Origin: Gemmatimonadota bacterium
Lineage (GTDB): Bacteria > Gemmatimonadota > Gemmatimonadetes > Gemmatimonadales > GWC2-71-9
Direction: 5' to 3'
Assembly: GCA_036679605.1 (NCBI GenBank)
Contig: JAZDCZ010000427.1
Span: 20,653-84,652, forward strand
DNA: 64,000 nucleotides
The position numbers were made by a program, and so were the translations under genes. The notes below the pieces were generated by a model. The model did no database searches. It had not been told where the DNA came from and saw only the letters and a program-made list of their open reading frames with translations. Shown one piece after another: positions 1-8,157 of the stretch. Positions within the stretch are counted from its first letter, which is position 1; each line of letters starts with the position of its first letter.

Positions 1-2126
1 CCGAGACGTTGGAAACCGAACGCCGCATCGGGCACCGTCCCGGGGTCGGGATAGACAGCCAACCGGAACCCGTTCCTGGCAGAACGATCCATGGGTCGCG
101 CCTGCCGACGAGTGCCAAACTCGTAGGCATTGTCGTTCCAGGCGCCGCCTCGGATGACCCTTCCTACCGGGGTCTCGTTCCAGCACCACTCCCTCACGTT
201 CCCCGCCAGGTCGTAGGCCCCATAAGCCGTGATGCCCAGGAGGCTTCCCACCGGAACCGGAGCTTGGCCCCCGAAGTTGGTGAATGGAGCCAGAAGGCCG
301 AAGCCTCCGAGTTGGGGGTACTGAATCATAGGGGTGAAGGCTCCTCGTGCCACGTTCCAATGGACGGCTGAGGGAAGGGTCATCCCGGCGTACTCGGCAT
401 ACGCCGCCGCTTCGTACCAGCTCACTCCGGAAACCGGATGCTCGTCCTGTCCCTGTGGATAGTCTCCTCCCATCCAAGTGGAGGGACCTGGTTGGTCAGA
501 CGGATCCACAAATTCCTTCATCGCAGCGTCCCAGGAGATCTCCCGTCCGTCCCTCACGAACGGATGCTTCCAGTACTCCCTGGTCCTGTACCCGCCGGCG
601 TCTACGAACTCCTTATACTCCCGGTTATTGACCTCGTACCGGCCGATGAAGAAGTCACCCAGGGTCCCGACGGCGGTTTCCGTGGCCTGCACCCGCACCA
701 TCCCCGGCGGAGCGCTCCCCTCTTCGTCCAGCGTTCGGACGAGATCGTAGGAGGACACACTGTCTGGCTTGCCCGCCGCATTTCCCATGTCCCAGCTGGA
801 TGCGGCGGCCAGGACGGTCTCGTACCCTTCCTTCTCGAGCTTCCACCGGAAGATCCCAATTGGCACCCGGACTTTTTCGAGGGGTGAGGTCCCCATGTAG
901 GTCCACTCCGCTTCGGGATGTTCGTACTCCTTCACATAAACACTGGCTCCGGGGGGGTCTGTTATTACGTCTATCTTCAGGGCGACTTGGGAAAACAGAT
1001 CTGCCAACTCCGGGTCGTCGCCGAGGATCGCTTCGGCCCGCTCGGCGAGACGATACGGCGCGACGAGGTTTCGCCACACGTCGTTCTCGCCGATGAGCCG
1101 CTCGATCTCGGGAATGGCTACTTCCCTGGCCCAGCGCACCTCCGCCTGGCGATTGAAGAACCAAACGGAAAACCAGGCCAAAGCGATAAACGCCAACACC
1201 GTGGGCAGTGCCACGACCGGGCGACGAAGCTGTCGCCATAACGCACCAAGATTGAAAACGCCGGAGACCTCTGCGGCAGGGTGCCGAATGCCGTCGATCT
1301 CGGCGAGCAACTCAGTGGCGGTCTGGTATCTCTCGGCCGGTTGCTTCGCTAAACATCGCAGAATCAACTGAGCAAGGTCCTCGGAAATGTCCTCGTTGAC
1401 CTCCCGCGGATTCTGTGGTGCATCAACCTGATGCTGCATAGCGACTGCAAGAGGAGTGGGACCTTCAAACGGTGGCCGACCCGTAGTCATCTCAAACAGG
1501 AGGCAGCCCAACGCATAGATGTCCGACCGCCCATCGATGGCACCACCCTCAATCTGTTCCGGGCTCATGTACGTCGGCGTGCCTAATGACAGTCCAGCTT
1601 CGGTGAGTCGATCACCATGTGCTGCCGTTACAGCCAGCGCGATACCGAAATCAGCCACCACCGCATGACCTTCGCGCAATAAGATGTTCTCGGGTTTGAT
1701 ATCCCTATGGATCAAGTCATGCCGATGTGCCGAGCCGAGCGCGTCGGCTACCTCGCTCGCGAGGTCGAGGGCGTCATCGATGGGTAGGCGCGTTTCGCGG
1801 TTCAGGCGGCCTCTAAGTGATTCACCCTCCACATAGGGCATGACATAGTAGAGGATGGCGGTAGTTTGTTCTTCCACGCAGCCCGAGTCCAGAAGTGGCA
1901 GGATGTGCGCGTGATTGAGGTTGGCGGTGATTCTTATCTCGCGGAGGAAACGCTCGGCGCCAATCGCGGCAGCGAGTTCGGGCCGCAATACTTTGACCGC
2001 GACCTCGCGATCGTGCTTTACGTCATGGGCAAGGTAAACGGTAGCCATGCCACCTTCACCCAAGTGGCGTTCGATCCGATAGCGGTCGGCTATGGCGGTC
2101 TTAAGGCGCTCCAACAGGTCAGCCAT
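1..2126 (-). CDS. Ser/Thr protein kinase with transmembrane segment and C-terminal FGE-sulfatase (SUMF1)-like domain; 3' end runs off the window
   Basis: Not in the ORF track. Manual translation from ATG at 2126 gives MADLLERLKTAIADRYRIERHLGEGGMATVYLA...VAVK...HRDIKPENILL...DFGIA...GTPTYMSPEQ, then a TM segment and HPVSGVSWYEAAAYAEYAG...YDLAGNVREW...RGGAW...NGFRLA. The frame stays open to the window edge. Confidence 0.9.
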   Translation of the reverse strand, partial: MADLLERLKTAIADRYRIERHLGEGGMATVYLAHDVKHDREVAVKVLRPELAAAIGAERFLREIRITANLNHAHILPLLDSGCVEEQTTAILYYVMPYVEGESLRGRLNRETRLPIDDALDLASEVADALGSAHRHDLIHRDIKPENILLREGHAVVADFGIALAVTAAHGDRLTEAGLSLGTPTYMSPEQIEGGAIDGRSDIYALGCLLFEMTTGRPPFEGPTPLAVAMQHQVDAPQNPREVNEDISEDLAQLILRCLAKQPAERYQTATELLAEIDGIRHPAAEVSGVFNLGALWRQLRRPVVALPTVLAFIALAWFSVWFFNRQAEVRWAREVAIPEIERLIGENDVWRNLVAPYRLAERAEAILGDDPELADLFSQVALKIDVITDPPGASVYVKEYEHPEAEWTYMGTSPLEKVRVPIGIFRWKLEKEGYETVLAAASSWDMGNAAGKPDSVSSYDLVRTLDEEGSAPPGMVRVQATETAVGTLGDFFIGRYEVNNREYKEFVDAGGYRTREYWKHPFVRDGREISWDAAMKEFVDPSDQPGPSTWMGGDYPQGQDEHPVSGVSWYEAAAYAEYAGMTLPSAVHWNVARGAFTPMIQYPQLGGFGLLAPFTNFGGQAPVPVGSLLGITAYGAYDLAGNVREWCWNETPVGRVIRGGAWNDNAYEFGTRRQARPMDRSARNGFRLAVYPDPGTVPDAAFGFQRL

Positions 2127-2284
2127 GCGACAAGCTCCCCCGTGGTCCCTAGACTAAGCTACGCTTCGCTGGAGGGGCTGTCGAGTGCCCGGTTGATGTG
2201 AGAGAGATGGAGATTCGCCGTGGTCGTGATCTCGGTCATCACTCCGTGAACCGGACCGTCACCGATGTCCTGATTGCTATTTTT

Positions 2285-2324
2285 TTGACTTGATTCGTCA
2301 GAAATATATTATATATTTACTGAC
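2285..2324 (+). promoter_or_regulatory. sigma70-like promoter overlapped by an imperfect inverted repeat (putative autoregulatory operator)
   Basis: TTGACT (2285-2290), 16 nt spacer, TATTAT (2307-2312); palindrome GTCAGAAATATAT-T-ATATATTTACTGAC (2297-2324); AGGAG RBS at 2330-2334. Confidence 0.6.
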
Positions 2325-2344
2325 ATAAAAGGAGCCATCTAACC

Positions 2345-2950
2345 ATGTATTCTATTCCAAATAAGGTACTTAGCAGAATTCGCAGAAACGGCCGTGGTTG
2401 GGTTTTCTCTGCCAAGGATTTCCTCGATCTAGGAAGTAGGGCAGCAGTCGACCAGGCTTTGTCACGGCTATCAAGGGTTGGTAGCGTCCGCAGGTTGCGG
2501 CGGGGGCTGTACGATTTCCCCCGTCAGAGCCGGCGTCTGGGAGTACTTTTGCCCGCGTCAGACGCAGTAGCTAGAGCAATCGCCGTCAAGACGAACAGTA
2601 AAATCCAACCTTCTGGTGCTTTGGCTGCCAACTTGCTTGGTGTCTCTACACAAGTTCCAGCAAGGCCGGTTTTCCTAACCGACGGTCCGAGCAAGAAAGT
2701 GAAGATTGGAAGTCGAACATTCGTGTTGCGACATCGCGACCCCCGCTACCTAAAGGTCGACGGTGCTGCTGGTTTGGCACTCCGGACCATTAAGTATCTA
2801 GGTAAGAACGGTGTAGACGATGGAGTCATTCAAAAGCTGCGTAGTACTCTCTCCCGTCAGGACAGAGCCAAGTTGCAACAGAGTGTTATTCACTTCCCTA
2901 GCTGGATGGCGCCGGTAGTTGGAAGAATCACACAACACGCACCAGCTTAA
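2345..2950 (+). CDS. AbiEi-like/DUF6088 family antitoxin (type IV TA, N-terminal wHTH)
   Basis: VFSAKDFLDLGSRAAVDQALSRL...RRLRRGLYD and GALAANLLGVSTQVPA motifs; directly upstream of an AbiEii-type nucleotidyltransferase. Confidence 0.85.
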   Translation: MYSIPNKVLSRIRRNGRGWVFSAKDFLDLGSRAAVDQALSRLSRVGSVRRLRRGLYDFPRQSRRLGVLLPASDAVARAIAVKTNSKIQPSGALAANLLGVSTQVPARPVFLTDGPSKKVKIGSRTFVLRHRDPRYLKVDGAAGLALRTIKYLGKNGVDDGVIQKLRSTLSRQDRAKLQQSVIHFPSWMAPVVGRITQHAPA

Positions 2951-2961
2951 CGAAGAAATTC

Positions 2962-3981
2962 GTGGATCAACTAGCGCAAGCTAAATCGGGGGAGCGGGCG
3001 GAGCTATTCCAAGAAACCGCCGCGCGGATGGGAATCTCTTCTCTTCTCGTGGAGAAGGACTTTTGGATCTGTTGGATCCTGAAAGCAGTCTTCGAGTTGG
3101 AAAACCAACCTGGCTTGATATTCAAAGGCGGTACATCACTTTCAAAGGTCTTTGGGTTGATTGACCGCCTTTCTGAGGACGTTGACCTCGCCTTCGACCG
3201 CGCGGACTTGGGTTTTGGAGGGGACAAAGATCCAGAACAAGCGCCGAGTAGGAAAAAAGCCAACAGGCTGATAGACGAGCTGAAAGCCGCCTGTACCCAT
3301 CACATCACAGACAAGTTCCTCCCAGCCCTGAGAAAGCGGCTTCAAGATTCTCTTTCCCCCGGATGGGAACTCCGACAGGACCATTCCGAGCCACAGACTC
3401 TGAACTTCGCTTATCCCCAGGATCTTGAGCTTCAAGAGACATCCTACATCGCCCGGGAAGTGCGTCTGGAACTTGGAGCAAGATCAGACCACTGGCCTTC
3501 ATGTGCAGGATCGGTACGGCCGTATGTGGCCGAGCATTTCCCAGGGGCGCTCAGAGTGTCAACAACTACAGTCAACACACTTGAGGCGCGGAGAACATTC
3601 TGGGAGAAAGCGACGCTACTGCACGCGATGTACCACCGTCCAGAACCAGAGAAGTACGTGTCTCGACAGTCCCGCCACTACTACGACCTGGCACGCCTAG
3701 CAGCATCCCGTACCCGGAACGAGGCCTTGGGCGATCTGTCTTTGTTGGAGCGAGTGATCCTGCACAAGACCAAGTACTTCCCAAGTGGGTGGTCAAACTA
3801 CGACTCAGCCAGGCCCGGGTCACTACGGCTCGTTCCAGGTGATCCACTCGCGAGGCTGCTTCGACGTGACTACGAATCGATGGAAGAGATGTTCATGAAT
3901 CCTCCCCCATCGTTCGCAGAGCTAATCACAACGCTTAGGGTATTAGAGGACGAGATCAACCAATCGGTAGCGCCTGATTAG
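2962..3981 (+). CDS. abiEii: AbiEii/AbiGii family nucleotidyltransferase toxin
   Basis: VEKDFW, FKGGTSLSK, RLSEDVDL, RTFWEK and SRHYYDL motifs. Confidence 0.9.
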   Translation: MDQLAQAKSGERAELFQETAARMGISSLLVEKDFWICWILKAVFELENQPGLIFKGGTSLSKVFGLIDRLSEDVDLAFDRADLGFGGDKDPEQAPSRKKANRLIDELKAACTHHITDKFLPALRKRLQDSLSPGWELRQDHSEPQTLNFAYPQDLELQETSYIAREVRLELGARSDHWPSCAGSVRPYVAEHFPGALRVSTTTVNTLEARRTFWEKATLLHAMYHRPEPEKYVSRQSRHYYDLARLAASRTRNEALGDLSLLERVILHKTKYFPSGWSNYDSARPGSLRLVPGDPLARLLRRDYESMEEMFMNPPPSFAELITTLRVLEDEINQSVAPD

Positions 3982-3989
3982 TCGATTGC

Positions 3990-4233
3990 CGATCACAGGT
4001 GGCCACGTGAACATGCCCCGTGAGGGCGCTTCTGATCTTTTCCTCGGCTCGCTTGACTTTGCCGTCGACGCCGAGGAAGATCGCCTGCATGCTCGTTAGA
4101 TCGGGCCCCTCCGAGTGACGCGCGTCAACCCGCGCCAGGCCTTCATCGTTCCTTCCCAGACACAGGAGAGTTCGCGCTCAATCGTATACTCTTCGGCCAG
4201 GGCGTCCCGCAAACGCGTCAGTTCATCGCTCAC
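3990..4233 (-). pseudogene. Remnant of a Ser/Thr kinase gene
   Basis: GTG at 4233 gives MSDELTRLRDALAEEYTIEREL, matching the N-termini of such kinases. The GxGGMA loop is absent and a stop occurs at 4096-4098. Confidence 0.5.
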
Positions 4234-4369
4234 ATCGCCCCAAAATATCAGTCGGCGCCATTTTCGCGAGCCGTTACACTCACTGGATCATCAGCTCAGT
4301 CTCAAGTGGGCCCGCCTTCTTCCTTCTCGCGATAGGGCTGGAGGTACCACCCCGCACTTCAGAAAACGG

Positions 4370-4412
4370 TTGACCCTCCAATATATAGTCATTATGATCT
4401 ATATGACTATAT
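4370..4412 (+). promoter_or_regulatory. sigma70 promoter with perfect 10-bp inverted repeat operator for the Phd/VapC operon
   Basis: TTGACC (4370-4375), 17 nt spacer, TATGAT (4393-4398); ATATAGTCAT (4383-4392) and ATGACTATAT (4403-4412) flank the -10 box. Confidence 0.75.
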
Positions 4413-4426
4413 TGGGAGTCCGCGTG

Positions 4427-4708
4427 ATGTCTAAAAAGAGCATGTCGGTCGCTGAGGCGAAAGCAACCTTCTCCGCATGTGTGCGGCGCGCCGAGGTCGG
4501 TCGGTCGCTACTCATCACTCGGCACGGCAAGGCCGTCGCTGCTCTGGTTAGACCCGAGGACTTAGAGCAGATCGAAAGGATGCGGGCCGCTGGTCCGGAG
4601 GGTGGGCTTGCAAATCTGGTGGGCGGTTGGGAGGGATCAGACGAGCTGGTCGACGTGCTCAATGACTCGCGTCGATCCGCTGCTAGAGATGTCCCTGACC
4701 TGGGCTAA
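4427..4708 (+). CDS. Phd/YefM family antitoxin
   Basis: MSVAEAKATFSACVRRAEVGRSLLITRHGKAVAALV; start reassigned to ATG 4427, downstream of a GGGAG RBS and the promoter. Confidence 0.9.
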   Translation: MSKKSMSVAEAKATFSACVRRAEVGRSLLITRHGKAVAALVRPEDLEQIERMRAAGPEGGLANLVGGWEGSDELVDVLNDSRRSAARDVPDLG

Positions 4709-4714
4709 CCGGCG

Positions 4715-5140
4715 GTGGCCTACCTCTTTGACACCGACGCAGTTTCAGAAGTATTGCGGTCCCAACCAAGTTTTCACTACGTGGAGTGGCTACGGACCAT
4801 TCCACGCGACGAGCAATTCACTAGCGCTGTCGTTGTCGGCGAACTGTATAAGGGAGCGTTCCGTTCGATAGACAGTGAGCGCCATCTCGCCAACATTGAG
4901 CAGCGAGTTCTCCCTGCTGTAATCGTTCTTCCCTACCACGTGGCCACGGCGCGCGTCTTCGGAGAAATTCGGGCCCGGCTCAAAGAATCCGGCAACATTC
5001 TTCCGGACGCCGATCTCCAGATCGCGGCCACGGCACTATGTCACAACCTGGAGTTGGTGACGGGGAATGTCAGACACTTCAAACGGATTTCGGAGCTGAA
5101 GATCAATCCTATTCTCGAGCGGTCCCGCCGGTCGCGCTAA
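4715..5140 (+). CDS. vapC: PIN-domain ribonuclease toxin (VapC family)
   Basis: YLFDTDAVSE, GEL, DADLQIAATA and LVTGNVRHF motifs. Confidence 0.92.
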   Translation: MAYLFDTDAVSEVLRSQPSFHYVEWLRTIPRDEQFTSAVVVGELYKGAFRSIDSERHLANIEQRVLPAVIVLPYHVATARVFGEIRARLKESGNILPDADLQIAATALCHNLELVTGNVRHFKRISELKINPILERSRRSR

Positions 5141-5166
5141 TTCGCTGGTCGGAAATTCGGTCACGC

Positions 5167-6414
5167 TCAGTGGATCATCAACTCCAGTCTTGAGTGCGCC
5201 TCCCTGACAGCCAGCTCAACTTCTTCCGGTGTCTCGCCACGAGCAAAGATGAAACCCGGATAGCGCGATTCCTCGGGCAGCGGCACGAGCCGCTGTCCCC
5301 GGTGGGCGGTGATGATCACGTCGGTTACGAGCGACACGCCGAGTGCTTCCTCCACGCCGCGGACTTCCTGGAGCACCCCGGCCCTAGGAACAGGGATCAT
5401 CATGACCGCCGCGGCCTGCTCCTCGCGCACATCAACTTCGCGGCAGACTCCCAGCGCACGTGCCAACAGCAGCTGCTCCAGCGAAACCGACCCGTCCGGA
5501 CCGAATCGCAATATCTGACCACACTTCCCGCCGATCGGCCGCGCCGCCAGTTCGATCAGCCACGCTCCGGCATCGTTGTGCCTCAGCTCCACATGAACCG
5601 GACCTCGCTCCAGACCCACCGCGCGTGCGGCGTTCGCCGCGCAATTTACGAGATCCCGCTGAATGTCACTGTCGAACCGCGATGGCGTTACGTATATGGT
5701 CTCCTCGAAAAACGGTCCTTCCAACGGATCGGGCTTGTCGAACAACGCGAGCACTTGCAGTTCACCGTCTTTCAACGAGCCTTCCAGAGCAAACTCCGAA
5801 CCCGGCACGTAGTCTTCAACCAGCACAGTGCCGGCCGTTGCGTTTGCGACATCCGGCTGACGCAAGATCGCACGCAGCCGCGCGAAGGCTCGAGTGAACT
5901 CCCCCGGCCCGTTGGCCCGCATCACTCCCCTACTGGCGGACAATGCTACGGGTTTGATGACACAGGGATATTTGACATGCTTTGATAGCACGCGTTCGTC
6001 GTCGTCCACGCTGTGAGCGGCAAAATTCGGAACTGGAACACCCGCAGTAGATAACACCGACCGCTGACGGTACTTGTCGCCGGCGGCTTCCACCGCTTCC
6101 ACAGGGTTGTGCTCCAGCTTCAATGCCTGGCTTGCGTGCGCCGCCAGAACCGCCGTCAGGTCATCCACGCCGAAGATCGCCGTAACGGGATGCTCGTCGG
6201 CGAACTTCACTACCTGACAGGTCGCACGTTCCGGGTCGCCGAAGTCGAGCGTGAGTAGCCGGTCGGGCTGTGAGCTGGAGAAGGTGCTGTCGTGCTCGGA
6301 TGCGACGGTCAAATCAACGTCGAGCCTACGTGCAGCCTCGACGAACGCCTCTGCCCTGTAGGTGGTTGTGGGAAGGATGAGGAGAAGACGGGGTCTACCG
6401 CCACCTGGCGGCAT
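5167..6414 (-). CDS. ATP-grasp domain protein (carboxylate-amine ligase-like)
   Basis: DKYRQR, YPCVIKPVALSASRGV, LVEDYVPGSE, HVELR and IELAARPIGG motifs. Confidence 0.85.
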   Translation of the reverse strand: MPPGGGRPRLLLILPTTTYRAEAFVEAARRLDVDLTVASEHDSTFSSSQPDRLLTLDFGDPERATCQVVKFADEHPVTAIFGVDDLTAVLAAHASQALKLEHNPVEAVEAAGDKYRQRSVLSTAGVPVPNFAAHSVDDDERVLSKHVKYPCVIKPVALSASRGVMRANGPGEFTRAFARLRAILRQPDVANATAGTVLVEDYVPGSEFALEGSLKDGELQVLALFDKPDPLEGPFFEETIYVTPSRFDSDIQRDLVNCAANAARAVGLERGPVHVELRHNDAGAWLIELAARPIGGKCGQILRFGPDGSVSLEQLLLARALGVCREVDVREEQAAAVMMIPVPRAGVLQEVRGVEEALGVSLVTDVIITAHRGQRLVPLPEESRYPGFIFARGETPEEVELAVREAHSRLELMIH

Positions 6415-6418
6415 CGAG

Positions 6419-6727
6419 CTACTTGGTTCCCGCTGCTATGTAGGGGTTGGTGCCCGCAGAGTGATCGGTTATGTCCTCTATGCCCTTTACAGCCGGAACG
6501 AGCCGCTTGAGCGACTCTTCGATACCCTGCCGCAATGTGACCGTCGCCATGCCGCAACCCTGACAGCCGCCCATCATTCGCACGATGATGGTGGCGTCCT
6601 GAACGTCAATAAGCTCGATCTTGCCGCCGTGCTGGGCAACGGCCGGATTGATCTCCGACTCGAACAGTGCGTCTACTTGCTCGAAGATCGTGTCGTCGTC
6701 TGGAGCGGCTTGCTTCAGATCCGTCAT
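6419..6727 (-). CDS. NifU/NfuA-type Fe-S cluster carrier domain protein
   Basis: INPAVAQHGG...MMGGCQGCGMATVTLRQGIE...DITDH...NPY. Confidence 0.9.
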   Translation of the reverse strand: MTDLKQAAPDDDTIFEQVDALFESEINPAVAQHGGKIELIDVQDATIIVRMMGGCQGCGMATVTLRQGIEESLKRLVPAVKGIEDITDHSAGTNPYIAAGTK

Positions 6728-6736
6728 AGTCGAAAT

Positions 6737-7960
6737 CTAACCGGTCGCGGCTCGCGCCCCCACCCCAAGCACTTCCGCGGTCTTCTCCAACACCATCTTC
6801 AGAGCGTCCCGCTCCACAACCAGTGGCGGCGCAAACCGGATGACTTGCTCATGCGTCTCTTTCGCCAGGATACCCCGCTCCTGCAAGCCCTCACAGAATG
6901 GCCGTGCCGGACCGCTGGAATCTTTGATCACTACTCCGATCATGAGCCCTTTGCCACGCACTTCGGCTACGTGAGGCGAGTCGATGTTTCTGAGTTCGTC
7001 CATGAACCACTCACCGAGTTCACACGCCCGCTGAGGAAGGTGCTCATCGATCAAGACCTTCAAGGCCGCCCGCGCGATCGCCGCACCGAGTGGATTTCCG
7101 CCGAACGTGGATCCGTGATCTCCGGGGGCAAAAACGTCCATCACTTCTTCGTCCGCCAGCATCGCCGAGACGGGATAGACACCGCCGGCCAGGGCCTTGC
7201 CGACGATTAGGACGTCGGGACGCACATCCTCCCACTCGCAGCAAAACATCTTGCCGGTGCGACCCAACCCCGTCTGAATCTCATCGGCCACAAGTAACAC
7301 ACAGTTCGACTTGCAGACTTCAGCCGCGTCGCGAAGATAGCCGTCCGGCGGTACGACCACACCGCCTTCTCCCTGCAGCGGCTCGACCAAGAACGCAGCG
7401 GTGTTTGGAGTTATGGCCGAGGCCAGTGCATCGACGTCACCGTAGGGGATCAGCACAAACCCTGGAGTGAGCGGCCCGAAGCCTTCACGGTATGCCTCTT
7501 CGCTCGAGAACGAGATAACGGTCGTGGTGCGCCCGTGGAAATTGTTGTTGCACACGATGATCTCGGCCTGATTGTCGGGGATTCCCTTGACCCGGTAACC
7601 CCAACGGCGAACCGCTTTGATTGCGGTCTCGACCGCCTCGGCACCGGTGTTCATCGGCAGTGCCTTCTGATAGCCGGCCAGCTCGCACAATTCCCGCAGG
7701 AACGCACCCATCTGATCGTTGTGGAATGCCCGCGAAGTCAGCGTGAGTCGATCGAGCTGTTGCTTGGCTGCCTTGACGATGGCGGGGTGCCTGTGACCCT
7801 GGTTGACCGCGGAGTACGCCGCCAGGCAATCGAGATAGCGGTTTCCTTCCACATCCCAAACCCATGCCCCCTGCCCTCGCTCCAGCACGACGGAGAGGGG
7901 ATGGTAGTTGTTGGCGCCGTACTTCTCAGCTTCGGACAGGTAATCGGCTGCCTCTGACAT
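6737..7960 (-). CDS. rocD: Ornithine aminotransferase
   Basis: GANNYHPL, YSAVNQGH, PMNTGAEAVETA, FHGRT, EPLQGEGG, DEIQTGLGRTG, GKAL and HGSTFGGNP motifs. Confidence 0.95.
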   Translation of the reverse strand: MSEAADYLSEAEKYGANNYHPLSVVLERGQGAWVWDVEGNRYLDCLAAYSAVNQGHRHPAIVKAAKQQLDRLTLTSRAFHNDQMGAFLRELCELAGYQKALPMNTGAEAVETAIKAVRRWGYRVKGIPDNQAEIIVCNNNFHGRTTTVISFSSEEAYREGFGPLTPGFVLIPYGDVDALASAITPNTAAFLVEPLQGEGGVVVPPDGYLRDAAEVCKSNCVLLVADEIQTGLGRTGKMFCCEWEDVRPDVLIVGKALAGGVYPVSAMLADEEVMDVFAPGDHGSTFGGNPLGAAIARAALKVLIDEHLPQRACELGEWFMDELRNIDSPHVAEVRGKGLMIGVVIKDSSGPARPFCEGLQERGILAKETHEQVIRFAPPLVVERDALKMVLEKTAEVLGVGARAATG

Positions 7961-8157
7961 GTCTTCACGCTCGCAGAAAATGAATGATGTTATTCGGCTG
8001 CGGACCCGGACGGCCGGCGGAACTTACCCCAAGACTTGCGCCGCCCCGTCATGTGGTTTGGTTTCAGGTCTGGTAGGCACAGCCCCTCACTCAACGTACC
8101 AGTACGACGGCTCTTAGTAAACTACGCTCACACTTTTCTCTTCAGGGAGATACGAAA

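Noticed and set aside
9..2201. ORFs listed in the track in this interval
   Set aside because: They are shadows of the minus-strand kinase gene.
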